This document shows, piece after piece, positions 18,870-29,543 of a DNA stretch of 63,974 bases; position 1 is the stretch's first letter, and the number at the start of each line of letters is the position of its first letter. Source of the stretch: a virus (taxonomy: Duplodnaviria; Caudoviricetes); the IMG/VR virus record IMGVR_UViG_3300016484_000411, positions 1-63,974 of that record, one strand, 5' to 3'. Made by a program: the position numbers and the translations under genes. The notes beneath the pieces were generated by a model, which made no database searches, was not told the origin of the DNA, and was given only the letters and a program-made list of their open reading frames with translations.

Positions 18870-21194
18870 TTAATTAATTTTAGTTGGTACTATGGTGTTT
18901 GTGTCATAAATAAATCCAGATGGTGAGTATAAATCAGTAATATCAACACTTTTATCTTTACCAAACCTTGAATTATTAACCCTAACATTTACAGCACCTA
19001 CAGAAGAATATATTGAATTACCAGTAGCCCCACTAGATTGGCCAGAACAACCATCTAACACTAACTTTGTTAATGCACTATTAACTACAATTAAATTAGA
19101 GTTATTACTTGCGTTATACATGTAACAATCTTTAAAGAAGATTTGTGCACTACCATTAACAGCTATTAAATTGGCTGCGTTATTTAAACCTGAATTACTT
19201 ATGATACAATTCTTAAAAACTAATTCACCATTACCATAAGCCCATGCAGTATATGTTGAGTTATCACTAGTTATATTACCTGTTATTTGTATGGTACCAC
19301 TAGTTTGAGTGTTGCCATCTAAAGCTTTAATCGGACCACCTTTTAAATTACCATTAATAGTTAACTTTGGATTAGCCCCACTATAAATTGTTACTAATGA
19401 ACCTATACCACCATAATCTACAGTGCCTTTATTTTCAATATCACCATTAATAGTTATAGTACCAGTTGTTGAGGCATCATAACAAATGATAGCTTGTTTG
19501 AAGTTTCCACCATATATATTACCACTACCTAGATAAATTTTTGGACAATTTATCGTCACGTTACCAGTAAAGAATCTGAAAGCAATAGTAGAATGAATTG
19601 CTTCAATTCCTCTAGCTACATTAAGTGTTACATTTGCGTTATTTCTAATTGATATTGCGTAACCAGAACCTTGTGTTGTAGAATATATGTAGTTTGCTTT
19701 AACGTTTACTGTTGCCGTACCACTTGCTGGTGCAATATAAAGAGCTGTAGCAATATTTGACATATAATCAAATTCAATATTCCATGTTGATGGTGTTGTT
19801 ATTAGTATTGAACTATTAACAAACGACGCATGACCATAAAAATTAGCGGTAACAGTGGTAATTGTTGATGATATTCCACCACTAGTATATACAACGCCAG
19901 GTTCTGAATAATAATCTACATGGTCTGATAGTCCAGCAAAACAACTGTAAGAACCCCTTCTAACATATATTAAACATCTATTAGTAGTAGATAATGTTAA
20001 AGTACTTGCGTATGATGCTGCATTTACCATTGTAAGAAATGGTTTTGTAAAATCATTATGTGTCCCAGTACTATCATTACCGTTTATGGCATCCACAAAA
20101 ATAACATTAGAATAAAGTACCGATCCACCAATAGATGACGAGACTCTATATTTTATAGTACCATCAGTATCTCTAACTAAAATTTGTGTTAGAGCATCAT
20201 CATTAGATGGTGGTGTATTAATATTTAAATTAGGTACATAAACAGTATCTGCTGTTGCCCCAGTTATATTTTGTCCACCTAGTACAACACTTCTATCTCC
20301 AGAAACTAAAGAGTCTGTTGAATGTATGAAAGAAGTAGACCCAGAGGATATTGATCTAACACCACCGGCGTGTGAATAATCACCACTAGAAGTATTATTA
20401 TTACCAAAAGCAAAAGATAGAATTCCTGAAGAAGTAGAACCAGTAGATTGAATACTGTCTTGTATAGTTATAGGTGAATTACCAAATATGTTAGAAACAT
20501 AAAAATTAACTATAGGTGTATCGAAAGTATTACCAGTAAATCTTAATGAAGATAAATCGACAGAATATGCATTAGTAGAGTCATTTCTATTAAACTCTAA
20601 TACACCCCCATTTAATGTAGCTCCAGTTGTATAAATGTTAGGTGCTACTATATTAGATAAATCAACACTAAACGGACTAAAACCAAAATTACCTGTAAAA
20701 TCTATAGATTTTGTTGTAAGATTATAAACCCCATTTGTAACAAATGAATTATATTCAGGTAAATCAATTAAATAAGTAGTTCCAGAACCACTTATAGTTC
20801 CACCACTAACAATAATATCACCATTAATAACTATTAATTGACTATTATCATCTAGAAATAATGTACCTTCTAAATAAAAATCTCCATATATAAAACTTTG
20901 AAAGTTACTAGGTATTGTTAAAGTTTGTCCAGACGGTACATACCATCTATTATATCTATTTATTGTTGTGGTTAAATTTGTACCATCGTTTCTATAAAGA
21001 GTTAATAAATCATCAGAATTACTAAATCCTACTGCGTTAATAAATGTATCATTTGTACTATCAATAAAAGCACCCAAAGTAGTAATACTAATTCTTTCAG
21101 TAGTATTATTAGTTGTGTCAAATATTGGTATTAATTCTGCCCCAGTTAGTGGGTTTAAATTAGGGTTTAATTGGTCTATTCTTCTATTCGCCAT
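18870..21194 (-). CDS. Tail fibre/spike with C-terminal pectin-lyase-like beta-helix
   Basis: VIFVDAINGNDSTG..KPFLT...IYVRRGSY beta-helix cap; shares modules with other fibres in the window. Confidence 0.7.
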   Translation of the reverse strand: MANRRIDQLNPNLNPLTGAELIPIFDTTNNTTERISITTLGAFIDSTNDTFINAVGFSNSDDLLTLYRNDGTNLTTTINRYNRWYVPSGQTLTIPSNFQSFIYGDFYLEGTLFLDDNSQLIVINGDIIVSGGTISGSGTTYLIDLPEYNSFVTNGVYNLTTKSIDFTGNFGFSPFSVDLSNIVAPNIYTTGATLNGGVLEFNRNDSTNAYSVDLSSLRFTGNTFDTPIVNFYVSNIFGNSPITIQDSIQSTGSTSSGILSFAFGNNNTSSGDYSHAGGVRSISSGSTSFIHSTDSLVSGDRSVVLGGQNITGATADTVYVPNLNINTPPSNDDALTQILVRDTDGTIKYRVSSSIGGSVLYSNVIFVDAINGNDSTGTHNDFTKPFLTMVNAASYASTLTLSTTNRCLIYVRRGSYSCFAGLSDHVDYYSEPGVVYTSGGISSTITTVTANFYGHASFVNSSILITTPSTWNIEFDYMSNIATALYIAPASGTATVNVKANYIYSTTQGSGYAISIRNNANVTLNVARGIEAIHSTIAFRFFTGNVTINCPKIYLGSGNIYGGNFKQAIICYDASTTGTITINGDIENKGTVDYGGIGSLVTIYSGANPKLTINGNLKGGPIKALDGNTQTSGTIQITGNITSDNSTYTAWAYGNGELVFKNCIISNSGLNNAANLIAVNGSAQIFFKDCYMYNASNNSNLIVVNSALTKLVLDGCSGQSSGATGNSIYSSVGAVNVRVNNSRFGKDKSVDITDLYSPSGFIYDTNTIVPTKIN

Positions 21195-22870
21195 TATAAT
21201 ATTATTTTTTCACCATGTTCTGTTATTATAAAACAGTAATCACTATGTAATAAATAGTTAGCAAGCGTGCCAGATTTACACTCACCACATAAATTTGAAT
21301 TGGGTTGTACTATCTGTGCTCCACCATAAGTTGTTTTAACACAATATCTATCACAATCAACATAAAGATTATTTCTAATTTCTAAAATATTTAAAGGTCT
21401 TTCATAAAATCTTAACTGAGATAATTGTCCCATAAATGTTCCGGCAAAATATCTTTCTAAATCTAAGCCTTTATCTTCAGGGTCAGGACCACCAAAAGTT
21501 TGAGATTCTAGTAAGCCTTGTGTACCACCACCCCATGAAATGTTAAATGGGACTCCTAATTGTTTATCACTCCATTCATCTAAAGCTCTTAATTGTAATC
21601 CTATAAAATTTTCTACTCTATAAACAACTCTACCGTTAACCCAGAAACGTAAAGTTCCTGACGGTAATGTGTGAGTTACACTATTTTGTGTATAAGTTAC
21701 CACAATGTGTACCCAATTATCACCAGATAATATAACAGGTGTTTCAGAATAACCCTCCTCCATTGTTGTTCCAGTTATTCTTTCTTTATTGTTATAACAT
21801 CCAGTAGTAACAGTCATTTTTCTATAACCAATTCTACCATCTGGGGTAATTCTAAACCCTAAAGCATTTTCCGATAATTGATCACAATAAGTTGTTGCTG
21901 TAGTTGTTCCAGTGGTTACTGTTGTACAACCAGTAAAACAACCACAAGTACGCATATAATTTGTTTTCAAAAACCAATTTTCAAAACCATTATATACAGT
22001 ATATTTTGTATCTGGTGATAATGGTATACCACCACAAGTAGTTAAACCTGTTTCACCAGAAAAATTATTTCTAAATTTATTTTCAGCTCTTGTACCTATG
22101 TAAAAGAACAAACCAGTATTATCTACAAAATCATCATTTAATGTTTTCCCACTAAAAATTGGACATCCATTATTATTAGGGTTAATCCAAGTTTCCATTG
22201 ACCAACCTGTTTTAAATTCTGTAGGCATTAAATCATACACAGTACCTAATGGGTCACCACTAATCAATTCTGTTGTAACATCAGTGGAACAACTACCAGT
22301 AACATATTTAACTGTTGGTGTTGGTTCTAGAAAATCTAATTTAAAATATCCCTGATAAAATCCTCCACCATTTAAACAAATAGTGTCTCCAACAACACAA
22401 CCATCCACTGTAGTTGTACCAGTTTTAAAAGACCAATCATAAGAATATAACCCATTTGTTGCTGTACCAGTTATAGAATTTATTGTATAACCTGTTACAG
22501 GGTATAGAACCACTTTAGTATCAGCAGAAGTTATGTTAACAGTAATACCAGATAATTGATTATATCTACCATTATCTACACCAGTTAAACCAAAATCACA
22601 TAAAGTAATACCTGAACTAGGTTTAACAGTACTACCAGTCCATTCAACTAAAGAAGTTAAAGAACTACCATCTATAGTAGTTCCAGTTTGATTCACATCA
22701 AACCAAACCACTAAACCATCAGTAATAGCCGTATAATCACATACATCATTACAATTTGTGGCATAATTTAATAATTGACCTTGGTTGTCACTAGTCAGGT
22801 AAAAATCCCAATAATCATTTCTAATTAATCTACCTTCTAAGTTTTTAAAGTAATAACTACTAATACCCAT
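21194..22870 (-). CDS. Virion protein with LamG/concanavalin-A-like domain
   Basis: WSMETWINP, WVHIVVTY, LRFWVNG, F.GQLSQLRFYERPL...EI. Confidence 0.7.
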   Translation of the reverse strand: MGISSYYFKNLEGRLIRNDYWDFYLTSDNQGQLLNYATNCNDVCDYTAITDGLVVWFDVNQTGTTIDGSSLTSLVEWTGSTVKPSSGITLCDFGLTGVDNGRYNQLSGITVNITSADTKVVLYPVTGYTINSITGTATNGLYSYDWSFKTGTTTVDGCVVGDTICLNGGGFYQGYFKLDFLEPTPTVKYVTGSCSTDVTTELISGDPLGTVYDLMPTEFKTGWSMETWINPNNNGCPIFSGKTLNDDFVDNTGLFFYIGTRAENKFRNNFSGETGLTTCGGIPLSPDTKYTVYNGFENWFLKTNYMRTCGCFTGCTTVTTGTTTATTYCDQLSENALGFRITPDGRIGYRKMTVTTGCYNNKERITGTTMEEGYSETPVILSGDNWVHIVVTYTQNSVTHTLPSGTLRFWVNGRVVYRVENFIGLQLRALDEWSDKQLGVPFNISWGGGTQGLLESQTFGGPDPEDKGLDLERYFAGTFMGQLSQLRFYERPLNILEIRNNLYVDCDRYCVKTTYGGAQIVQPNSNLCGECKSGTLANYLLHSDYCFIITEHGEKIIL

Positions 22871-22875
22871 ATTTT

Positions 22876-25221
22876 TTAAAATGTTTCAAGTGAAGACCTC
22901 TTCCAACCTGTAGAAGTTTTAACATATATATAATTATCGTCTCTGACAGAATCACCAATGTTACCATACTCATCTGAACTAGATAATGGTGTATATTCTG
23001 GTAAGTTTATTGTGGTATCACCCATTCCTTTAGATATTTCTTCCAGAGTTTTAGATGATTGACTTAAAGTTTGGGACATTTCTTTTATTGCTTCAACAAC
23101 AAAAGGTATAATCTCAGTATAATTAAGTGCTAAAATACCTTCACCACCTTTAGCTCTTTTTCTAACTACACCTGGTAATGTCTCCATTACTTCTTGAGCA
23201 ATAAACCCAAATCTAGTACCAGGACCCATATTAGATTCTTTAGTAAATTCGTATGAAACCCCTCTAAGATTTTGAACAATAATTAAAGAGTCTTTTAAAT
23301 CTTTAACATTTGTTTTTAATCTACCATCGGAAACACCAGCAACAATCCTACCATTAACATCTGTAGCTAATGGGTCAGTGCTTGTTAATCCATCTATAAC
23401 TAAATCTGGAACATAAACAGTATCATTAGACGAACCTGTTATACTCTGACCACCAATCACAACACTTCTTTCACCAGAAACTAAAGAGTTATTTGAATGT
23501 ATAAATGAATAGTTACCAGTTGCCTGTGAATTATTACCACCAGCATGTGAGGCATAACCACTAGCTATATTTATTCTATTTTGTACGTGTGAGAATAACC
23601 CACTAGCTATTGTGTCCGCACCTTCAGCGTGAGACCAATCACCACTAGCTAAAGTTTGGTGTCCCTCTGAATGTGTATATAAACCACTAGCTGTAGTATT
23701 CCTACCTTCAGCGTGTGAACTATCACCACTAGCTATTGTGTAATAACCTTCAGCATGTGCACCTGAATCACCATAAGCTAATGTAAAAACACCTTCAGCA
23801 TGTGAATAATCACCACTCGCTACTGTTGACCCACCTTCAGTGTGTGAAGCAATACCGTTAGAAGTTGTATTTTGACCTTCAGCATGTGACGATTGTCCAA
23901 AAGCATTATTAAAATAACCCTCAGAGTGTGAGTAATCACCACCGGCAACACTATTATAACCTTCAACATGTGCAGATTGTCCACTAGCTACAGTTAGCTC
24001 ACCTTCAGCATGTGCGTATAAATTACTAGTCAAGGTTGTTTTACCTTCTGTGTGTGAATATAAACCATTAGCTATTGTCCCACTACCCTCAGCATGTGAA
24101 CCTGTTACCATAGCAAAAGAAGTACCCTCAGCATGTGAACCATCACCAACAGCTATACCACTAGCTTCAGCGTGTGAAGCGATACCAAAGGCTTTACTTA
24201 AATAACCTTCAGAATGTGAATAACTACCCCCTGCTACAGTTTGATATCCTTGTGAATGTGATGTTGTACCACTAGATATAGTACCATCACCTTCAGCATG
24301 TGAATACAGTCCAGAAGATATTGAACTACGTCCTTCAGCGTGTGACCAGTTACCAGTGGATTGTGTTTGAGACCCTTCAGCGTGTGAATAATTACCATTA
24401 GCGATAGTAATATAACCTTCAGCGTGTGAACCAGTACCATTTGCTACAGTGGTATTACCCTCAGAGTGTGAACCGGCACCAAAAGCTTTTGTAGTTCTAC
24501 CTTCAGCATGTGAATAAGAACCACCAGCTATTGTACCAGTACCTTCAGCATGTGAAGTATCACCACTAGCAATATTAGAATCACCTTCAACATTAGAAGA
24601 TGCACCACTAGAAATATTATTACTACCTATTGATGAAGAAGATATACCACTAGAAATATTATTAATACCTAAAGCTGTTGATATAGTTCCTGATGCTGAA
24701 GAACCTATGGATTGTAAACTATCCCATAAAGTTATAGGGGAACAACCATGTATATTAGAAACAAAAAGGTCAGTAAGACAACTACCAGAAGTATTACCAG
24801 TAAATGGTGTAATACTTGATTGGGGTACAGATCTAACGTATCCATCACCACCAATAACTAATACCTCATCTAATGTTGTACCAGCAGATAAAGTTATTAA
24901 AAAATTTAATTCACTATTTAAAGCGAAATTACCTGCATCAACTTGCATTGGTCCAGTAGGACTAGGGCAAGCGATGAAATTATTAACATAAAGGGGTGAT
25001 GTACAAGCTGTTACAGTCCAACTAACACCACTAATAGGTGCCCAAGTTATTGTCCCATCAAAATCAGCTGAAGTTGCCACCAATCCAGGTGCCGCACCAT
25101 CCTCTACTCTAAGATAACCAGCCGTAGTAACATTAGTAATACCAGATAAATTTATAGAATCAGTAGTTAACTGTCTAATATCTCTATCTTGAAACCTTGG
25201 CCTTGTATAAAAATTACTCAT
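22876..25221 (-). CDS. Trimeric fibre with YadA-head-like repeats and C-terminal S74 intramolecular chaperone
   Basis: About 25 14-aa xSHAEG repeats; SDGRLKTNV...LRGVSY...GFIAQEV...LNY.EII chaperone signature. Confidence 0.85.
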   Translation of the reverse strand: MSNFYTRPRFQDRDIRQLTTDSINLSGITNVTTAGYLRVEDGAAPGLVATSADFDGTITWAPISGVSWTVTACTSPLYVNNFIACPSPTGPMQVDAGNFALNSELNFLITLSAGTTLDEVLVIGGDGYVRSVPQSSITPFTGNTSGSCLTDLFVSNIHGCSPITLWDSLQSIGSSASGTISTALGINNISSGISSSSIGSNNISSGASSNVEGDSNIASGDTSHAEGTGTIAGGSYSHAEGRTTKAFGAGSHSEGNTTVANGTGSHAEGYITIANGNYSHAEGSQTQSTGNWSHAEGRSSISSGLYSHAEGDGTISSGTTSHSQGYQTVAGGSYSHSEGYLSKAFGIASHAEASGIAVGDGSHAEGTSFAMVTGSHAEGSGTIANGLYSHTEGKTTLTSNLYAHAEGELTVASGQSAHVEGYNSVAGGDYSHSEGYFNNAFGQSSHAEGQNTTSNGIASHTEGGSTVASGDYSHAEGVFTLAYGDSGAHAEGYYTIASGDSSHAEGRNTTASGLYTHSEGHQTLASGDWSHAEGADTIASGLFSHVQNRINIASGYASHAGGNNSQATGNYSFIHSNNSLVSGERSVVIGGQSITGSSNDTVYVPDLVIDGLTSTDPLATDVNGRIVAGVSDGRLKTNVKDLKDSLIIVQNLRGVSYEFTKESNMGPGTRFGFIAQEVMETLPGVVRKRAKGGEGILALNYTEIIPFVVEAIKEMSQTLSQSSKTLEEISKGMGDTTINLPEYTPLSSSDEYGNIGDSVRDDNYIYVKTSTGWKRSSLETF
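23540..24600 (-). repeat. 42-nt-period coding repeat (SHAEG units)
   Basis: Recurrent plus-strand ccttcagcrtgtga; boundaries approximate. Confidence 0.85.
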
Positions 25222-25228
25222 TAAAAAA

Positions 25229-26383
25229 TTATATTACATTCCAGTGATGACCAAGTGGTCTATATTGTAGTGTTTTATTAAGTTGTTCAGCTTCAGTAGC
25301 CTTACGAGTTAACATTGTATCAGGTCTTAATCTTTCAAGACGTTCTTTTAATCTCTCCCATAAAGCTGACTTATCCTCTTTAGCTTCACTTAAAAGAGAA
25401 TCGTAATCCATTGTAACATCAGCATCACCAATACCTAAAGCACCACCAAATTTACCTCTAACTCTACCTAGTGTTTCTTTACACATTGCGGTAAAATAAT
25501 CTCTTACCCATTGTTTAGAGGGTGTATTTAATTCATCAAAATTAACCACGTCTACAGGTACATCTGAAGGTAATTTAATTATATCTTTATTTTCATTAAG
25601 ACATCTTTGTCTTTCTTCCTCAGAAGTTGTTTCATAGTAATGGTACCATACCTTACTACCAGTTACATCCATTCCTGAAGCTCCTGGACCAAAACCACCA
25701 CGACCAAAAATAATTCTAGAACCAGGAGGGGGTATTAAATGTAATAATTTAGCACCATTAGGTCCTGCCGTTACTTTATATACTAAGTCAGACGATATAA
25801 TTCTTTGTTTAAGTGAATAATCAGCGTCTCTAGCTAAAATATCAGAAGCTGGTGCTAAATAAAATCCACCATAACCATATCCACCACCTCCACCACCGAA
25901 GGGTACCTGACCGTATCCACCACCGAATCCGTAATCACCGAATCCGTAAGAAGAGTATAAAGCATGGTCAATAGTAGGCGGTGTTATCCATAACACTTCA
26001 TTTATTTCACGACCAGCAGGTATTTCATATACTTGTTGACCTTGTGTTACAGTTACAAAATCTTTTTTAAGTTCCCATGGACCTCTAGCCTGTAATCCAG
26101 TTAATTTTGAATAAGCATAAGTAAAAGAGTCTTCATAATTTTGTTCCCTAACAGTTAAAGACCTAGCAATATCTGTAGTTGTGATATCTTTACCATAAAG
26201 AGATGACCATTGGGACTCAATTAACCACTCATTTATGTATGCCGAATAATCTTCAATAGATATTTCTAACAAAGTGCATAACATCTCATCTTCCAATTCA
26301 ACTTTTCTGATTGGAGCACCTAGTCTATGTTTTATTTGTCTAAATAATTTAGATTTTTCCGCATCATTAATTATTAATGCCAT
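25229..26383 (-). CDS. Neck/head-tail adaptor protein (T4 gp13-like)
   Basis: RLGAPIRKVEL, WVRDYFTAMCKETLGRVRGKF, GDADVTMDYDSLLSEA. Confidence 0.75.
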   Translation of the reverse strand: MALIINDAEKSKLFRQIKHRLGAPIRKVELEDEMLCTLLEISIEDYSAYINEWLIESQWSSLYGKDITTTDIARSLTVREQNYEDSFTYAYSKLTGLQARGPWELKKDFVTVTQGQQVYEIPAGREINEVLWITPPTIDHALYSSYGFGDYGFGGGYGQVPFGGGGGGYGYGGFYLAPASDILARDADYSLKQRIISSDLVYKVTAGPNGAKLLHLIPPPGSRIIFGRGGFGPGASGMDVTGSKVWYHYYETTSEEERQRCLNENKDIIKLPSDVPVDVVNFDELNTPSKQWVRDYFTAMCKETLGRVRGKFGGALGIGDADVTMDYDSLLSEAKEDKSALWERLKERLERLRPDTMLTRKATEAEQLNKTLQYRPLGHHWNVI

Positions 26384-26419
26384 AATAGTTTTATTTATAA
26401 ATATTCAGTATATTTATTA

Positions 26420-27124
26420 ATGATGAGAAATATTATAAAGAAACTTCTTAAAGAGGAATTTAATGATTTTAATTGGGTTAGGGATATAGAAATAGACTTA
26501 ATCCCTGGAGAAATTTACGATATTAAAACTGGTAATGGTTATTACTGGATTCCAGAACTTTACGTTGGTAGGGATTGGGATGATAGATACAAAGTTGATT
26601 ATTATGAATTTGAAGATTTAGGTAAATCTAGTGGTATTGGTAGAAGAACTGAGTCTTACGTTAAACAATTAATCCAAAAAGGTGATATTAGACCCTACAA
26701 CCCAAATTGGTCTATTAAGGATGAATTAACTTTTAGTGATAATATAGAAGATGCTTTAAAAGGTAACTTTGTGATTTATTTTAAAGATGGTGTTTATTTA
26801 GACGAAACAATAGCAATACAAGATAAGTTATTTGAAATGGGGTTTAGTTTCTACACTAAAGGTTTAAATGAATATATAACAAATAAAGATTCTTCTGATA
26901 AGATACAGTTCTTTGAATCTTTTAATTGGGACAACTCTAATCCTAGATATAAATCAATGCCTTCAGACCAATGGGATAAAAAGAAAATTTTGTTATCAGC
27001 AATTAAAAAAGATGATCTTAGTTGGGGTCGTACATCTAGTCCTAGACTTGCGGAACAAGAATTGTTTATCACCGCTAAAGACCATAATGCTATAGTTATC
27101 AACGGTGATAAATATATTATTTAA
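26420..27124 (+). CDS. Hypothetical protein, putative internal head protein
   Basis: Leader IIKKLLKEEF.DF.W; TATTTAT immediately upstream. Confidence 0.65.
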   Translation: MMRNIIKKLLKEEFNDFNWVRDIEIDLIPGEIYDIKTGNGYYWIPELYVGRDWDDRYKVDYYEFEDLGKSSGIGRRTESYVKQLIQKGDIRPYNPNWSIKDELTFSDNIEDALKGNFVIYFKDGVYLDETIAIQDKLFEMGFSFYTKGLNEYITNKDSSDKIQFFESFNWDNSNPRYKSMPSDQWDKKKILLSAIKKDDLSWGRTSSPRLAEQELFITAKDHNAIVINGDKYII

Positions 27125-28946
27125 GTTTATATTTTGACATAAAATTTTTAAAGAAATCTTCTGAAATATCTAGTTCATCTTGTTCATCACCCACTACAGT
27201 ATTTATTATTCTATTTTTCTTTTGTAACATATCATACATCATCTCATCTATTGTACCTATAGCTATAGGATAATAAACGTTAACGGTATGATTAACCCCA
27301 ATTCTCCACGCACGGTCCTCGGCTTGAGCATGATTAGCAGGAACAAAATCTAAATCATTCATAATAACAACTTGTGCCTCAGTTAATGTAATAGCTGTAC
27401 CTGCCGAAACTAAGTTACCAATAAAAACTTTCACATCTGGATTAGTCTGGAACTGGTCAATTGAATTTTGTTTTTGTTTACCATTCATAGCACCATTATG
27501 ACCCACGGCTAATTTACCAAAGTGTCTCATTAAGTCATTAAATGAGTGTGTATAGTTTGTAAAGATTATAACCTTCTGACCATTTTCAATAGCCTGTTCA
27601 GCTAATTCTACTGTATGTTTAACTTTTTCTGCTGCAAGATATTTTCTAAGTACAACCAACTCAACCATGTGTCTACCAGTACCCAAACGTTTACCCTCAC
27701 TTTTCGCCCATTCAAGATATTCCTCAAAGGCGTTATCATATTGTTTCATATCATCTATCTCAATATAATAAGGTGCTACAATTTTTGGTGGTAGGTCTAG
27801 GTGGTCGGTTTTCTTTCTTCTAATAATTAAGGATTTAGTTCTTTCACGTAATTCTTCTAGATTAGAAGAGCCGTCTGTTAACCAAATCTCTTTCATACTA
27901 CCATTCTTTAATTTTTTCTTAAATTTCTTACCGTCACAATATCTAAAAGCATAAAATGTCCAACTACTTGTTATAGGTGAACCACATAAATGTAATAGAT
28001 TATAGTAATCCATAGGTCTGTTAGCGATAGGTGTTCCAGTTAATAACCAACGTCTTTCAACATTCTCACATATCTGATTAACTATTTTAGTTCTGTCAGC
28101 TTTAGGGTTTTTAACCATATGAGCCTCATCCATAATAACTAAATCATAACCTTCGTCAATAATATTTCTTTTAACTTCCCAGTCTTCATATTTTTTTCTA
28201 TTATCAATTATGGTGTGAAAATTTTTAAGAATATCGTAATTTATGATAGTATATTTTTTAGGTTCCCATCTAGAACCTTTAATTATAGATATTTCTTCTT
28301 CTGGTACGTAAGCATTAATTTCTCTGAACCAGTTAATTTTAGCATTAGCGGGACATATTATAAGAATTTTTTTAGCCTCACATTCTATTGAAGATATAAC
28401 ACTCATTACAGTCTTACCAAGACCCATGTCATCAGCTAGAATACATTTCTTTTTCCTTAAAAGAAATTTAATTCCCTCTTCCTGGTGTTTAAACACCCTC
28501 CACCCCCTTTTATCCATTTTCTGGTATTTATCGAAATCTACTTCGACTTCTTCTTCTAAATCCATAAGATTTTCATCTATTTGTGTTTTAGGGATATAAA
28601 AAAGTGGTGAGTACTTTTGATTTTTAAAAACCTTACCTTTTACATGATAAGTTTTTTCTGAATCAGCTAAAACCTGCTCAATTAATATTTTTTCTGGTAT
28701 ATGGTTTAGTTCAAACTTTTCTTTTAATGTTTTACCAAAAAATTCTGTAATCTTAATTATCTTGTTTACAATTACAGGTTCTATATAAAAATTCTTCTCA
28801 ATATATTCGGCAGTACTAGGTGATAAAGGAAAAGAACCTTCTTTAAGTAATCTTTCCTTTAATGAAATTAAAAACTCATTTTTACCTTCATAACCTTCTA
28901 ATTTAAGTAGTGTACTTCTATTTTTTAATTTACTTACATCTAACAT
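27117..28946 (-). CDS. SNF2/SWI2-family helicase (SMARCAL1-like)
   Basis: HQEEG, LADDMGLGKT, DEAH, LTGTPIAN, QAEDRAWRIG. Confidence 0.92.
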   Translation of the reverse strand: MLDVSKLKNRSTLLKLEGYEGKNEFLISLKERLLKEGSFPLSPSTAEYIEKNFYIEPVIVNKIIKITEFFGKTLKEKFELNHIPEKILIEQVLADSEKTYHVKGKVFKNQKYSPLFYIPKTQIDENLMDLEEEVEVDFDKYQKMDKRGWRVFKHQEEGIKFLLRKKKCILADDMGLGKTVMSVISSIECEAKKILIICPANAKINWFREINAYVPEEEISIIKGSRWEPKKYTIINYDILKNFHTIIDNRKKYEDWEVKRNIIDEGYDLVIMDEAHMVKNPKADRTKIVNQICENVERRWLLTGTPIANRPMDYYNLLHLCGSPITSSWTFYAFRYCDGKKFKKKLKNGSMKEIWLTDGSSNLEELRERTKSLIIRRKKTDHLDLPPKIVAPYYIEIDDMKQYDNAFEEYLEWAKSEGKRLGTGRHMVELVVLRKYLAAEKVKHTVELAEQAIENGQKVIIFTNYTHSFNDLMRHFGKLAVGHNGAMNGKQKQNSIDQFQTNPDVKVFIGNLVSAGTAITLTEAQVVIMNDLDFVPANHAQAEDRAWRIGVNHTVNVYYPIAIGTIDEMMYDMLQKKNRIINTVVGDEQDELDISEDFFKNFMSKYKLK

Positions 28947-29021
28947 AACTATTTAAATATAAAAACAATTTAAAAAAACTAAACTAAACGGCTTGACTAA
29001 ATATTTATAGATAAAACTTTA

Positions 29022-29540
29022 ATGGCTAATAAGAGAAGACCGATATCAAGACTTCATAAATTTTATGATGATATAGATTTCAATATGGAAAATGAAATGG
29101 CTCGTGAGTTTGTTGAGGGTGACCTTAATTTCACCGTTGTTTTATTTAAAGTTGATAGAATTAAAAGTCAAACTGATGATGTTTATGGTGAGACCAGTGC
29201 TAATGAAATTAAGTTTCACGCACCAAAAGAAATTAAAGTTAGACCGTTACTTGATGCACCAGAATCTAACACATACTCAGAAGGGTACGGTAGATATCAA
29301 GATTACGGACAATTTACTTTTACAGTGTTTGTTGACCATTTAACTGAATTAAATACTGATATAGATTATGGTGATTATATAGGTTATCCAGATTTTGAGG
29401 ATAATATCAAGTATTTTACTGTAACTGATGATGGTAAAATATTTTCAGATAATGCTCATACAAGAGTGGGTTATAAAGGTTACTATAGAACTATTAAATG
29501 TGTGACAGCAGATGCAAATGAATTTAAACCAAATTATTAA
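29022..29540 (+). CDS. Head closure/neck protein (T4 gp14-like)
   Basis: DDVYGE...F..P.E and GDYI motifs; position before the tail terminator. Confidence 0.55.
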   Translation: MANKRRPISRLHKFYDDIDFNMENEMAREFVEGDLNFTVVLFKVDRIKSQTDDVYGETSANEIKFHAPKEIKVRPLLDAPESNTYSEGYGRYQDYGQFTFTVFVDHLTELNTDIDYGDYIGYPDFEDNIKYFTVTDDGKIFSDNAHTRVGYKGYYRTIKCVTADANEFKPNY

Positions 29541-29543
29541 TAA

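Noticed and set aside
23540-24600. Regular ~42-nt repeats resembling a CRISPR array
   Set aside because: Repeats are degenerate at third codon positions, in frame within a fibre gene, and encode SHAEG units; no cas genes or leader.
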